A DNA stretch of 48,218 nt from an archaeon GW2011_AR19 (GCA_000806015.1 JWKY01000008.1:1-48218), one strand, 5' to 3'. Counted from the stretch's first letter, positions 1-9,565 are shown. The notes: generated by a model not told the origin, from the sequence alone. Program-made: numbers and translations.

Positions 1-177
1 CCAAAGTATTTCTTTTTGAGCAATATATCCTACTAATTTTTTATTTTTGTCAACAATTAACAAAGCTCCAACTTTGTTTTTAAGCATTTTTTTAGCGCAG
101 TCAAGCAAATTTGTTTTTGGACTGATAGTTATTGGCTTTCTGGTCATTACATCTGCTACGGTTATTTCATTTTTCAT
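1..177 (-). CDS. CBS-domain protein (N-terminal part; runs off window)
   Basis: Manual translation MKNEITVADVMTRKPITISPKTNLLDCAKKMLKNKVGALLIVDKNKKLVGYI matches the CBS pattern V.DVM...PIT......A...M....GAL.IVD...LVG. Confidence 0.85.
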   Translation of the reverse strand, partial: MKNEITVADVMTRKPITISPKTNLLDCAKKMLKNKVGALLIVDKNKKLVGYIAQKEILW

Positions 178-270
178 AATTTTATTAAAGCGTTTAAGAT
201 TATAAATGTTACTAAAACCTAAGCTTTTGAGCATAATAATGTTTAAATATTTTAAATTTGAAATTTTAAT

Positions 271-555
271 ATGAAAAAAGTTGAAATAGGGATTTATAAA
301 AATTATAAAGAATATTTTGCCCAAGGAATTTCAGGTTATAAAATGACGGCAATTAAAGATGAGGATAAATATACTCTGGCCTTTAAAATCAGGGATAAAC
401 TAAATAAGAAAAAAATAAAATCTTGTTTTATCCGTCCATTTAAGAATGGCGATGCCGGTCATTATCTCCCGACGAAATATGACTTGGAAGAGATTGCGAA
501 GATTATATCAGAGGATGAAACTTTAAAAATTAAAGTAAAAATTAAAAATGAATAA
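271..555 (+). CDS. hypothetical protein
   Basis: 94-aa ATG ORF with TTTAAATA TATA-like box at ~242; no recognised motif. Confidence 0.55.
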   Translation: MKKVEIGIYKNYKEYFAQGISGYKMTAIKDEDKYTLAFKIRDKLNKKKIKSCFIRPFKNGDAGHYLPTKYDLEEIAKIISEDETLKIKVKIKNE

Positions 556-628
556 AGCAAAACATACCCTAAGGAAGGGCATAAAGGAAGTTTTCCATTA
601 TTCATTTAACAGGAAATAAAATGAATAA
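545..628 (+). repeat. Family A repeat (AAAGCAAAACAGGAAGTTTTCCA + hairpin TTATTCATTT..AAATGAATAA) carrying an extra ~21-nt hairpin insert
   Basis: Near-identical to 884-943 and 14993-15054 except for the insert ATACCCTAAGGAAGGGCATAA; AAAATGAATAA is present at both ends. Confidence 0.8.
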
Positions 629-832
629 TATAGAATATCGTTTGACCAAAAATAATCTCCCTCTTGGAATAGAAATGTTTGAGGGTATAATCTCCTGTAT
701 GTATGCTCCAATCACGAAGGAAATAATTTAGTATTGGCCGGCGAGATTCCAATCTGGTTTAAAGAAGAATTCAATAAATATAACATTAAATTAAATAAAT
801 TAAAATTAAATTTAACGGATGAATATCATGAC

Positions 833-943
833 AAATAAAGTAAATTCAGGAAAAATTTTCATTCATTCGCCCAAGCGTGGTCAAATGAAAGCAAAACAGG
901 AAGTTTTCCATTACTCATTTAACAGGAAATAAAATGAATAAAC
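833..943 (+). repeat. Two tandem Family A units; the second supplies the thermosome ATG
   Basis: CAGGAAAAATTTTCA+TTCATTCGCCCAAGCGTGGTCAAATGAA, then CAGGAAGTTTTCCA+TTACTCATTTAACAGGAAATAAAATGAATAA. Confidence 0.8.
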
Positions 944-2460
944 CAGTTATTTTAATGCCCGAAGATATTCAAAGACTAATTGGAAAAGATGCGCAAAGAA
1001 ATAATATCGCTGCCGCGAAAATGATTGCAGAAGTTGTCAAAACTACCCTTGGACCAAAAGGCATGGATAAAATGCTGGTTTCTCCGACTAATGAAATTAT
1101 TATAACCAATGACGGAGTGACGATTTTAAGTGAGATGCAAATTGAGCATCCTGCCGCGAAAATGATTGCTGAAGTTGCTAAAACTCAGGAATCTGAAATT
1201 GGCGACGGCACAACAAGCGTTGTTATGATTGCCGGGAAATTATTAGAAAATGCCGAGAAACTTTTGGATATAAAAATTCATCCGACAGTTATTATCCATG
1301 GATATAAAATTGCTGCTGAAAAATCTTTGGAGATTTTAAAAGAGATAGCCTTTAAAGTTGACAGTTCTGAAACGCATGACGATGAAAACGATATTTTAAA
1401 ACAAATTGCAATGACTGCTATGACCGGCAAGAGCGCAGAGGATTCAAAAGAAAAACTTGCTGATATAATTATTAAAATCATAAAGCAAATTAAAATATGC
1501 AGTCAGGAAGTTGAAAATTTTAATTTAAATGATATTAAAATAGTAAAGATTAGAGGAGAAAGCATTAAAGACAGCGAGCTAATTTCCGGAATTGTTTTAG
1601 AAAAAGAAAAGATTTCACATGAAATGCCGTCGGAAATCAAAGCAGCGAGAATTGCTTTAATTGATGTTCCTTTGGAGCTGAAAAATCCTGAAATTACCAC
1701 AAAAATTTCCATTTCTTCTCCGGAGCAATTGCAGGGATTTTTATTTCAGGAAGAGCAGATAATAAAACAAATGATTGATAATATTAAAGATTCCGGAGCA
1801 AATGTTGTTTTTTGCCAAAAAGGAATTGATGATTTTGCCCAGTATTTATTAGCCAAAGAAGGAGTTTATGCCTGCAGAAGAGTTGCCAGAAGCGACATGG
1901 AAAAACTTTCTAAAACCACCGGAGCAAAAATTATTTCCAATCTGAAAGAAATAACTCCATTTGAACTTGGCGGCGCTGAACGTGTTAAAGAAATCAGGCA
2001 CGGCGAGAATATTATGACTTATGTTTATGGCTGTAAAAATCCAAAATCTTTGACAATATTAATCCGCGGAGGAACAGAGCATATTCTTGACGAAGTTGAG
2101 AGAGCAATGAAAGACGGGCTTGGAGATGTTCTTTGTGTTTTGAAATCTGGATTAATTGTTTTAGGAGGGGGAAGCGTGGAGGTTGAATTGTCCAGAAGAT
2201 TGAGAATCTTTGCTAAATCTCTAATCGGGAGAGAGAAATTAGCAGTGGAAGAATTTGCAAATGCTTTAGAATTTATTCCTATGACATTAGCAGAAAATGC
2301 AGGTTTAGACCCGATTGATATTTTAACTGAACTAAGATTTTTACATGACTCCGGGCAAATTAATACTGGCTTGAATTTATTTACAAATAAAATTGAAGAT
2401 GTTTTAAAAGCAAGAATTATTGAGCCGTACAGCATTAAAAAACAGGCAATTAATTCTTGA
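934..2460 (+). CDS. ths: Thermosome (group II chaperonin) subunit, C-terminally truncated
   Basis: [36 protein letters not shown] motifs; ends at KKQAINS*, lacking the usual A.E....ILRIDD end. Confidence 0.9.
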   Translation: MNKPVILMPEDIQRLIGKDAQRNNIAAAKMIAEVVKTTLGPKGMDKMLVSPTNEIIITNDGVTILSEMQIEHPAAKMIAEVAKTQESEIGDGTTSVVMIAGKLLENAEKLLDIKIHPTVIIHGYKIAAEKSLEILKEIAFKVDSSETHDDENDILKQIAMTAMTGKSAEDSKEKLADIIIKIIKQIKICSQEVENFNLNDIKIVKIRGESIKDSELISGIVLEKEKISHEMPSEIKAARIALIDVPLELKNPEITTKISISSPEQLQGFLFQEEQIIKQMIDNIKDSGANVVFCQKGIDDFAQYLLAKEGVYACRRVARSDMEKLSKTTGAKIISNLKEITPFELGGAERVKEIRHGENIMTYVYGCKNPKSLTILIRGGTEHILDEVERAMKDGLGDVLCVLKSGLIVLGGGSVEVELSRRLRIFAKSLIGREKLAVEEFANALEFIPMTLAENAGLDPIDILTELRFLHDSGQINTGLNLFTNKIEDVLKARIIEPYSIKKQAINS

Positions 2461-2533
2461 TTTTAATTAATCACGAAGGTAAATGTAAAAAATAGAAATC
2501 GGGGTCGGGAGCAGAGCGACTTTGCGAGAGAAA
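2457..2533 (+). repeat. Family B structured repeat (..CGAAGGTAAATGTAAAAAATAGAAATCGGGGTCGGGAGCAGAGCGACTTTGCGAGAG)
   Basis: Reverse-complement match to 30557-30620 and 39406-39474; partial copies at 2634-2666 and 6545-6570. Confidence 0.85.
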
Positions 2534-2570
2534 CTTATAAAATTAAATAAATAAAAAATAACGAGTGCGA

Positions 2571-2628
2571 GCGTTTACGATTTGACAAACTTTTAATATT
2601 AATATAAATTAATGCAAATCGTGGGCGC
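2571..2628 (+). repeat. 14-bp hairpin with three consecutive T-G pairs
   Basis: GCGTTTACGATTTG (2571-2584) pairs with CAAATCGTGGGCGC (2615-2628). Confidence 0.7.
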
Positions 2629-2709
2629 AAGTTGGGTCGGGAATAGAGCAACTTTGCGAGAGAAAATTAGAAAAGATAATTTTTTAAACTTGTAAATTCT
2701 TGATAGTCT

Positions 2710-2913
2710 ATGGAAAATATAAACGTAAGCGCAGAAGATTTGAAAAAATTAATTAGAGATGTAGCTCAAATAAAAGAAATGCTTACAGAAGAAAAGGGAG
2801 AAATAGAATTAACAAATTGGGCTAAAGAAGAATTAGAAGAGGCAAGAAATCGTTCTGAAAAAGAGTATGTTTCTTTGGAAAATGTTAAAAAAAGAATATT
2901 ATCCAAAAAATGA
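2710..2913 (+). CDS. Putative antitoxin (RelB-like)
   Basis: Small acidic ORF ending YVSLENVKKRI; ATGA overlap with the downstream RelE. Confidence 0.75.
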   Translation: MENINVSAEDLKKLIRDVAQIKEMLTEEKGEIELTNWAKEELEEARNRSEKEYVSLENVKKRILSKK

Positions 2914-3161
2914 GTTATTTAGTTAAAGTGGATAAAAAGGCGCAAGATTTTCTTGATAAACTTCCTCAAAATATTTCCTTGAGGATTATTAATAAATTGG
3001 AGCAAATTAAAGAAAATCCTTTTCATTTTCTTGAACATTATGAAGGAGAATATTATAAGTTAAGAATTGGAGATTATAGGGCTTTAATGGATATTGATTT
3101 TCAAAGAAAAATAATTTGGGTTAGAATAATAGATAAACGGGGAAGAGTTTATAAAAGATAA
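2910..3161 (+). CDS. relE: RelE/ParE family toxin
   Basis: YKLRIGDYRAL motif, 83 aa. Confidence 0.9.
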   Translation: MSYLVKVDKKAQDFLDKLPQNISLRIINKLEQIKENPFHFLEHYEGEYYKLRIGDYRALMDIDFQRKIIWVRIIDKRGRVYKR

Positions 3162-3315
3162 ATTATAAAATTTTGCGAACCGATTGATAAAACAATATTT
3201 GCAGGCGAGATGCCGGATTATCTTGGGGGATTGGGTTGAAATAGGGAAGAGAAATATTTTTAAAGAGGATAATAATAATAATAGAAAACTAATTGTTTTC
3301 TGATTTAGAATTAAT

Positions 3316-4557
3316 TTAATCTAACTTTTCACCAGCCTTCATTTTTTCAAATTTTTTACTAAATCTTTCTATAGCTCCTTTATTGCTTTCTGTTTCTTTT
3401 GCTAATCTTATTGCTTTTTCTTCAATTTGTATTGCTTTTGCTGTGTCTCCTAAGACATAAAGAAGACATGCATAGGTGTCATTATTATTTGGATTATCTG
3501 CTATTTTTACTGAATTTTCTGACCAATTCAATGCTTTTTCTAAATGATCTTTATTTTTTATATTTTTAAAAAATGTCCAAGCAACATCATTTAATTTATC
3601 TGCGCTATAATTCCTGTTGTGTTTATCTATCAATAAAATCGCGTTATTAGCATACTCTTCCCAGTTTTTTATTTTTTCATTATATTGTAAATCTACTTCA
3701 AGTAGAACCCCATCAACTCTTGAAAAATTTTGTTCTTTTATTTTATTTTTCCATTCTTGATAAATAGAATCATTAAATGATTTTTTATATAAAATATTAT
3801 TAAAATTAGAAGAGTATGCATTAAAAATTTTTTCATCTACAGAATCTGAAGTATAAATTTCGTCAAATTTAATTTTATTTTTTATTAAATAATTGAAAGT
3901 CTCAGAATTTATATCTGTATTATTTTTATTAATAAAAAGGATGTTCCAATTAACTCTTGAATTAAGGTCTTCATCTTTTTGTGTTTTGAAATAATCTTTT
4001 GAAATATATTCATAACTTATAGATGCCCCATCTAATTTTTTTAAATATTCATATATAAATTCGCCGTCTCTATTGCCTTCTTCATATTTTTCATTGAATG
4101 TTGCAAGCTGTGTTTTTGGATCTGACGCTTCTTTACCAAGTTTAATAAATTCAGGAGATTTCATCCAGCCTACCCCTTTATGGAGTAATTTTCCTTCTCC
4201 ATTAATATACAAAAATGTTGGATAAGCTCCTATAGAAAATAATTTTTTTATCTTTTTTCCTTCTTCTGATTCCATATCCATTTTTATATTCAGAAAATTT
4301 TTATTATAAAAATCAGCTACACTGTCATTAGTGAAAACTTCTTTATCCATTTTTTTACAAGGACCGCACCAAACGGCATATCCATCCATAAAAATTAATT
4401 TATTTGTGTTTTTTGCTTCATTTTTAGCGTTTTCAAAATTTCCCCCATAAAATTCTATTGAACGATTTTGAGTATAAGCCGTAATTGTAGAAAGAGAGAG
4501 GCTAATTCCAAGTGCAATTTGTTTTATTGGTTTTTTTAGTTTGTTTATTAAATTCAT
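3316..4557 (-). CDS. Secreted thioredoxin-fold protein with C-terminal TPR-like helices
   Basis: Signal-like N-terminus, WCGPCK active site, YPTF cis-Pro motif, LNDVAW...DTYACLLY TPR-like segment. Confidence 0.85.
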   Translation of the reverse strand: MNLINKLKKPIKQIALGISLSLSTITAYTQNRSIEFYGGNFENAKNEAKNTNKLIFMDGYAVWCGPCKKMDKEVFTNDSVADFYNKNFLNIKMDMESEEGKKIKKLFSIGAYPTFLYINGEGKLLHKGVGWMKSPEFIKLGKEASDPKTQLATFNEKYEEGNRDGEFIYEYLKKLDGASISYEYISKDYFKTQKDEDLNSRVNWNILFINKNNTDINSETFNYLIKNKIKFDEIYTSDSVDEKIFNAYSSNFNNILYKKSFNDSIYQEWKNKIKEQNFSRVDGVLLEVDLQYNEKIKNWEEYANNAILLIDKHNRNYSADKLNDVAWTFFKNIKNKDHLEKALNWSENSVKIADNPNNNDTYACLLYVLGDTAKAIQIEEKAIRLAKETESNKGAIERFSKKFEKMKAGEKLD

Positions 4558-4766
4558 TTTATTACATTAAAATTAAACTATATAAATTTTTGCTATTTAA
4601 TGTCATTTTTAAATAATTAAAATGTTGATAATTTTTATTATTTTTTATCAATTAAATATAATATAATTTAACAAAGTTAAAAAGATGGAAATATTTATAA
4701 AGATAATAATAATAATAATAATAAGAAATCAAATAGATTTCTATAAAAAATGAAAGGAGGTAAAAA

Positions 4767-5360
4767 ATGAAAAAGAGTTTAATTGTTTTTAGCGTTGTTA
4801 TCTTATTAGCTAGCATGATTTTTCTATTAACGAATATAAGTTTTGTTTCTGCAGAAGGATGTAAATGCGATACGGACTGTTCGGTAGTTGAGGGTTGTAC
4901 TGGAAAATCTGGTACTTGTGAAAAAGATGGTGTACCTAGTTGTTCATCGTGTGATTGTCCCAGCGTAAATTTAAATTCAGTTAATACTGGATTAACCTCT
5001 CTTATGATTAAAACAGCTTCTGGCAACGTTAAAGTTGAGCCAGGACAGACAATTAGCGCGGCTCTTAGAGTTAAGGAAGCTGCAACTGTATCTTCAAGAA
5101 CACCCATCACAACTACTGGAAAAAGAGGAGGTTTTTTGGGCTTGGGCAGAAATGAAGTTCGCGTTGGTGAGGCTACTGCAAAAAGATCAAGTTCAGCTTA
5201 TGCTGGATGGACTGAAGTTGATAGGGAAAGTCCACCTGGTGGAAAATGTTTTATACAATCTGCTTCTTCAGGTAGAACCGGAGCAGTTATCAAATGGTGG
5301 GGAAATGGCAAAGTGATAATAAATGAGGATAATAGTATTATGTTTACTACTCAAGATTAG
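4767..5360 (+). CDS. Secreted Cys-rich hypothetical protein
   Basis: AGGAGGT RBS, signal peptide, Cys-rich N-terminal region. Confidence 0.7.
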   Translation: MKKSLIVFSVVILLASMIFLLTNISFVSAEGCKCDTDCSVVEGCTGKSGTCEKDGVPSCSSCDCPSVNLNSVNTGLTSLMIKTASGNVKVEPGQTISAALRVKEAATVSSRTPITTTGKRGGFLGLGRNEVRVGEATAKRSSSAYAGWTEVDRESPPGGKCFIQSASSGRTGAVIKWWGNGKVIINEDNSIMFTTQD

Positions 5361-5415
5361 ATTTTTATTCTTTTTCTTTTTTTTATGAATCTGAAAAGTT
5401 CTGATTAGGAAGTTT

Positions 5416-5433
5416 TATAAACTATAGTTTATA
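5416..5433. promoter_or_regulatory. Perfect 18-bp palindrome overlapping the TATA region; likely autoregulatory operator of the HTH-MNT gene
   Basis: TATAAACTA|TAGTTTATA immediately upstream of 5447. Confidence 0.55.
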
Positions 5434-5446
5434 TATGTAAACTAAT

Positions 5447-5986
5447 ATGGATATCTATAAACTAAAATGGACAAGATTACAATACAGAATATTTTCATTG
5501 CTTTGCATTAGAGCCGGGGAAGAGCTAAGCCAACGGGAAATTGCGCAATTATTAAAAGTTTCCCCAACCGCTGTAGCTAAATCATTAACCTTATTAAATA
5601 AAAATAATTTAATAACTATTAAAAAAACTAAAAATATTAATTTTGTTGAGTTTAACGGGGATGAGAGAAAAGCAATAAAGCTCAAACAAGCGGAAAATTT
5701 AAGGAATATTTATTTATCCGGTTTATCTGATTATCTTGAAGAAAACTTAGCTGGAGGAACTATAATCTTATTTGGAAGTTATTCTCGGGGAGAAGATGTT
5801 AAAAATTCAGACATAGATATTGCCGTAATTGAAAGAAAAGAAAAACCACTAAAATTAAAAGAATTTGGGCTTATTTTAAACAGGGAAATAATTGTGCAAT
5901 TTTATGATTCTTGGAAGAACATACATAAACATTTAAAAAATAATATTTTAAATGGCATAATCCTTGCCGGGAGTGTTGAGCTATGA
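5447..5986 (+). CDS. wHTH + minimal nucleotidyltransferase (MNT) antitoxin
   Basis: HTH (LSQREIAQLLKVSPTAV) and LFGSYSRGEDVKNSDIDIAV. Confidence 0.9.
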   Translation: MDIYKLKWTRLQYRIFSLLCIRAGEELSQREIAQLLKVSPTAVAKSLTLLNKNNLITIKKTKNINFVEFNGDERKAIKLKQAENLRNIYLSGLSDYLEENLAGGTIILFGSYSRGEDVKNSDIDIAVIERKEKPLKLKEFGLILNREIIVQFYDSWKNIHKHLKNNILNGIILAGSVEL

Positions 5987-6090
5987 AAGCAAAAAGCAAA
6001 CAAGAAGTTTTCATTCGTTTTCCGAGGACGTCAAACGAAACAGGAAGTTTTTTCATTCATTCAAATTTCAGGAAAAAATTCAAATGAAAG
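5983..6090 (+). repeat. Two tandem Family A units between MNT and HEPN
   Basis: ATGAAAG at both ends (5983, 6084); hairpins TTCGTTT..AAACGAA and TTCATT..AATGAA. Confidence 0.8.
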
Positions 6091-6524
6091 ATGCAGGGGA
6101 TTTTGAAGAGTTTATTAAAAAAGGAATTGTTAAAAAACAAAGCCCTAATAAATTCAGGGCAGAATTTCTTATTAAAGAATCAGAGAAGAATTATTCTTTT
6201 TTATTGCAGTTATTGGATAAATTTGAAATTACTGACGGCAATGCAAACACAATCATAAAATTATGCTATGATATTCTTATGGAAACAATAAGAGCAAAGA
6301 TGCTTCTTGATGGATATAATGCCTCGGGATTTGAAGCGCATAAAGCTGAAGTTGCGTATCTCAAAGTTTTGGGGTTTGAAGAAAAAGATATTAAATTTGC
6401 AGATCAAATGAGATATTACAGAAATGGAATGCTCTATTACGGAACAAGTTTAGATAAAGAATATACTGAAAAAGTTTTGGAATTTACAAAAAGAAATTAT
6501 TTAAAATTAAAAATCTTAAAATGA
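6084..6524 (+). CDS. HEPN-like partner of MNT
   Basis: Helical ~146 aa with RYYRNGMLYYG (RN-x3-Y variant); true start probably ATG 6084 rather than 5964. Confidence 0.75.
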   Translation: MKDAGDFEEFIKKGIVKKQSPNKFRAEFLIKESEKNYSFLLQLLDKFEITDGNANTIIKLCYDILMETIRAKMLLDGYNASGFEAHKAEVAYLKVLGFEEKDIKFADQMRYYRNGMLYYGTSLDKEYTEKVLEFTKRNYLKLKILK

Positions 6525-6735
6525 AAGACTACAGAATAAAACAAAAAATAGAAATCGGAGTCGGGAGCAGGGTTGAGCTGAGATGTTTTTGGATGATAAA
6601 TTGACCAATAAATTTAAATTGTTAAAATCCGCTCCGTTATTCTTTGAGGAGAATTTAGTTAAACAAAGTAGATTAAATTTTATTCAGGTTTATGCAAAAC
6701 ATAAAATTTAAATACTCATATCAATTGATATTATT

Positions 6736-7035
6736 ATGAAAACAGCACAAAAAGAATATTTACAATTGAATCAAATAGCAAGAAGTCCAACATTGCAAAC
6801 GGTTTTGATGGTTGAAAAATTTATTGATAAAAATTCCGGGGAATTTAAGAAAACAGAACTTTTTAATAATCTTCCAAAAAAAGTTATGTGGCAAACTTTT
6901 CAAGTTATAATGGAATATTTAGAGAATACGATGAAAATCGCTTATGATAAAAAGGATTATGTGGTTTATATTTGGAATCCTGAATTTGTTGCGCGATTTA
7001 GAAATAAACCAGAATTACAATGGAATGCAAAGTAA
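6736..7035 (+). CDS. Small putative DNA-binding/antitoxin protein
   Basis: SPTLQTVLMVE..LPKKVMWQTF; directly upstream of a RelE-like toxin. Confidence 0.6.
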   Translation: MKTAQKEYLQLNQIARSPTLQTVLMVEKFIDKNSGEFKKTELFNNLPKKVMWQTFQVIMEYLENTMKIAYDKKDYVVYIWNPEFVARFRNKPELQWNAK

Positions 7036-7342
7036 ATTTTATTGATGTTGAATTAAAGAAGACATTTGAAGAATTAGAGAATTTAGACTCTCGACTCTAT
7101 AAGGAAATTAATAAAGCAATAAATGATGTTTGTCAAAATGCTTTTTGCGGCAGAAATGTAAAAAAAAAGTTAATCCAAAAGAATTGAAACAAAAATATAA
7201 TATTGATAATCTCTGGATTTATAATTTAAGAAAAGATTGGAGATTATTATATTCTATCGGTAAAGATGAAATTGAATTGATTGCCGTAGTTCTTGATTGG
7301 ATGAATCATAAAGATTATGAGAGATTATTTGGATTTAATTAA
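7020..7342 (+). pseudogene. RelE-superfamily toxin, frameshifted near 7160-7180
   Basis: ATG 7020 frame MECKVNF..GRNVKKKLIQKN*; the -1 frame continues PKELKQKYNIDNLWIYNLRKDWRLLYSI..WMNHKDYERLF. Confidence 0.7.
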
Positions 7343-7343
7343 A

Positions 7344-7919
7344 ATGAAAAACAACGAGGAAGTTGAAAAATTAGCGAGAAAAATTATTTCTGAGTTAAAG
7401 CCTTTTTGCAAAAAAATTAAAATTGTTGGAAGCATTGGAAGACATGAAAAAAAACATGTTGATATTGATATTGTTTTAATCCCAAAAGACAGAAAGAAGC
7501 TTGAAGATTTTATGAAGACGCGGGGAAAATTTTTGCAGGGAGGAGAGCATGAGTCAACATGGAAAGTTAAATACGAACAAAAAACAGGAAATTTTTTGAC
7601 AAACTCTGCTCCCGACCTCGCACGAGCTATTGATAAAAAAATTTACTCTCTACCACGAAGTCGCTCGCCCAAACGTGGACGAGTTAAGGGAATTCAGATA
7701 GAACTTTATTACACTAATGAAAAAGAATGGGGAGCGGAATTGCTGGCTTATTCGTCGTCAAAAGGTTCTGCAATTGGATTAAGAGTTATTGCAAAGAAAA
7801 AAGGGCTTCATTTAACACAGCATGGTTTGTTTAAAGGAAAAAAAAGAATTGCCGGCAAAACTGAAAAAGAAATTTATAGAGCGTTGGGGAGAAAATACAA
7901 AAAACTTGAGGACAGATGA
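7344..7919 (+). CDS. Minimal DNA polymerase X-like protein (palm+thumb) with a 39-aa repeat-derived insertion
   Basis: IVGSIGR..DIDIVL and WGAELLAYSSSK..AKKKGLHLTQHGLF..EKEIYRALG motifs. Confidence 0.8.
   Translation: MKNNEEVEKLARKIISELKPFCKKIKIVGSIGRHEKKHVDIDIVLIPKDRKKLEDFMKTRGKFLQGGEHESTWKVKYEQKTGNFLTNSAPDLARAIDKKIYSLPRSRSPKRGRVKGIQIELYYTNEKEWGAELLAYSSSKGSAIGLRVIAKKKGLHLTQHGLFKGKKRIAGKTEKEIYRALGRKYKKLEDR
7565..7687. mobile_element. 117-bp in-frame composite repeat insertion (Family A + Family B parts) bounded by AGTTAA direct repeats
   Basis: AGTTAA at 7565 and 7682; contains AACAGGAAATTTTTT, CTCTGCTCCCGACC, AAGTCGCTCGCCC and CGCCCAAACGTGG. Confidence 0.75.
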
Positions 7920-8833
7920 TGAAAAAATTATTTTTTGTGATATTATTTGTAATTTCGTTATTAGTTTTGATTTTTATAATTATTTTTATTATTGGTTACA
8001 TTAAACAAGAAGAAAGAATTGTAGATATAGAACGAGTTGTTAGCGGTTATGTTAGAGATTGCATCTTTAAGGTTGGTGAAAATGTTTCCATCCCCTCTGC
8101 TAAAATTCGTTATGCTGGTATTTCTGTTTCTACTTTAGACGATGGTTATTTCTCAATAAAAGTTAGAGGTGACCCAGAGCTATTGATAACTGCGAATGGT
8201 TATCACAATTACAAAGAGAAACCTTCAAGGATGGTTGACAGTGCATTTTATCTAATTCCTGATGATGTCTACAAAGACCTGTCTACTGTGGTGTGGGAGA
8301 AGGAAAACGGTAAATATGAAAATTGGATGAGAAAGTGGACCAGACAACCTGAAATTATTGTGGCAAAAGAAAACGGCACCGATGAACAAGTTAATACTGT
8401 TGTTACTGCTTTAAAAAGCGACGTGTTTAATAAAATGACTGGCGGTTTGTATTCTTCCGAAAACATTACTGTTCTTGATAGAATACCGCAAGAATTATAT
8501 GAAATGAAAAATAGGGATGGAAAAATAATAATTTATTTTGCAGAAAAGATGATGCATGATTTTGTTGTTGATATGGGCGGTTCTGCGCATGCCATTGATA
8601 ATGAAGATGGTGACATATTTTTTGCTGAATCTGTTTGGAATCCTCTAGATAATTTTGACAAGTTTAATGTTTACCATGAACTAGCGCACACAGTTACTAG
8701 TGGAGGGCATATCAACTACAAGCCCAGCATAGTCACCGAAGTTGAGCCCAGGCCTCCAAATGGTAATCCAACTGAAGCGGATTACAAATACTTGAATTGT
8801 GTTTACAACAGTCCATTAAAAAGGGATAACTAA
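7916..8833 (+). CDS. Membrane-anchored putative zinc metalloprotease
   Basis: N-terminal TM, carboxypeptidase-regulatory-like beta domain, HELAHTVTSGGH. Confidence 0.7.
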   Translation: MMKKLFFVILFVISLLVLIFIIIFIIGYIKQEERIVDIERVVSGYVRDCIFKVGENVSIPSAKIRYAGISVSTLDDGYFSIKVRGDPELLITANGYHNYKEKPSRMVDSAFYLIPDDVYKDLSTVVWEKENGKYENWMRKWTRQPEIIVAKENGTDEQVNTVVTALKSDVFNKMTGGLYSSENITVLDRIPQELYEMKNRDGKIIIYFAEKMMHDFVVDMGGSAHAIDNEDGDIFFAESVWNPLDNFDKFNVYHELAHTVTSGGHINYKPSIVTEVEPRPPNGNPTEADYKYLNCVYNSPLKRDN

Positions 8834-8870
8834 AATTCTTTTTAGAAAAATTAAAATGAAAAGATTTAAA

Positions 8871-8897
8871 TATACTAAGGTATACTACGATATACTA
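8871..8897 (+). promoter_or_regulatory. Three TATACTA direct repeats at 10-bp spacing; probable TA operator
   Basis: TATACTA at 8871, 8881 and 8891 between the TTTAAA box and the antitoxin ATG. Confidence 0.5.
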
Positions 8898-9106
8898 TGG
8901 AAACCACAATAAAAGTATCTAATGAAGTAAAAAAATATTTGGATAAAATGAAGATTTTTGAACGAGAAACATACAACAATGTTATAGAGGTTCTCATAGA
9001 AGATAATCTGGAATTGAACGAAAAGACAAAAAGAGAATTAAGAGAAAGAGAGAAAAATCCAAAGTTTATTTCTCATGAAGAAGTTGGGAGAAAATTAGGA
9101 TTATAA
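8897..9106 (+). CDS. RHH-type antitoxin
   Basis: TTIKVSNEVK..ETYNNVIE..ISHEEV; TAATG-coupled to RelE. Confidence 0.8.
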   Translation: METTIKVSNEVKKYLDKMKIFERETYNNVIEVLIEDNLELNEKTKRELREREKNPKFISHEEVGRKLGL

Positions 9107-9351
9107 TGTTTGAAATAAAATGGGAAGAAAAAGCTCAAAAAGAATTATACAAATTAGAAAATCAAATTTCTTCTAGAATCTATAAAAAGATTAATGAGCT
9201 AAAACAAGGATTTCAATCAAAAGACATAAAACGAATTCAAGGAGAAAATAAATTTAGATTAAGAGTTGGGGATTATAGAGTTCTCTTTTCTTTGGAAAAT
9301 GACTTAATAACTATCTGGAAAATTGGACATAGAAAAAATATCTGTGATTAA
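9106..9351 (+). CDS. relE: RelE family toxin
   Basis: FRLRVGDYRVLF..IGHRKNI. Confidence 0.9.
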   Translation: MFEIKWEEKAQKELYKLENQISSRIYKKINELKQGFQSKDIKRIQGENKFRLRVGDYRVLFSLENDLITIWKIGHRKNICD

Positions 9352-9352
9352 T

Positions 9353-9565
9353 ATGAAAATAAAAATAAAACTTCATCCAAATTCATCACAGGAAAAAATA
9401 GAGAAAATATTAGAGAATAATTATGAAGTTTGGATTAAAGAAAAACCAATTGATAACCAGGCGAATATTGAGCTATGTAAAATATTGAAAAAATATTTTG
9501 GAAAACCCGTAAAAATAAAAAGCGGTTTTACATCAAGAAATAAAATTATTGAAATTTTGGAATGA
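9353..9565 (+). CDS. DUF167/UPF0235 (YggU-like) protein
   Basis: IKLHPNS..KPIDNQAN.EL..IKSGFTSRNK; start reassigned to ATG 9353. Confidence 0.85.
   Translation: MKIKIKLHPNSSQEKIEKILENNYEVWIKEKPIDNQANIELCKILKKYFGKPVKIKSGFTSRNKIIEILE

Noticed and set aside
545-943. Family A tandem units as a CRISPR mini-array
   Set aside because: At most two adjacent units, degenerate repeats, 'spacers' are recurring hairpins, and no cas operon (the Cas4-like nuclease is standalone).
4703-4722. (AAT)n microsatellite / poly-Tyr in minus ORF 4652-5110
   Set aside because: Intergenic low complexity; the minus ORF is a shadow of 4767-5360.
5964-6083. N-terminal extension of the HEPN ORF
   Set aside because: It is translated Family A repeat sequence; the real start is likely ATG 6084.
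7565-7690. Integron attC interpretation (GTTAAAT/GTTAAGG)
   Set aside because: No consistent RYYYAAC..GTTRRRY boundaries across copies and no integrase in the window; kept only as an analogy.
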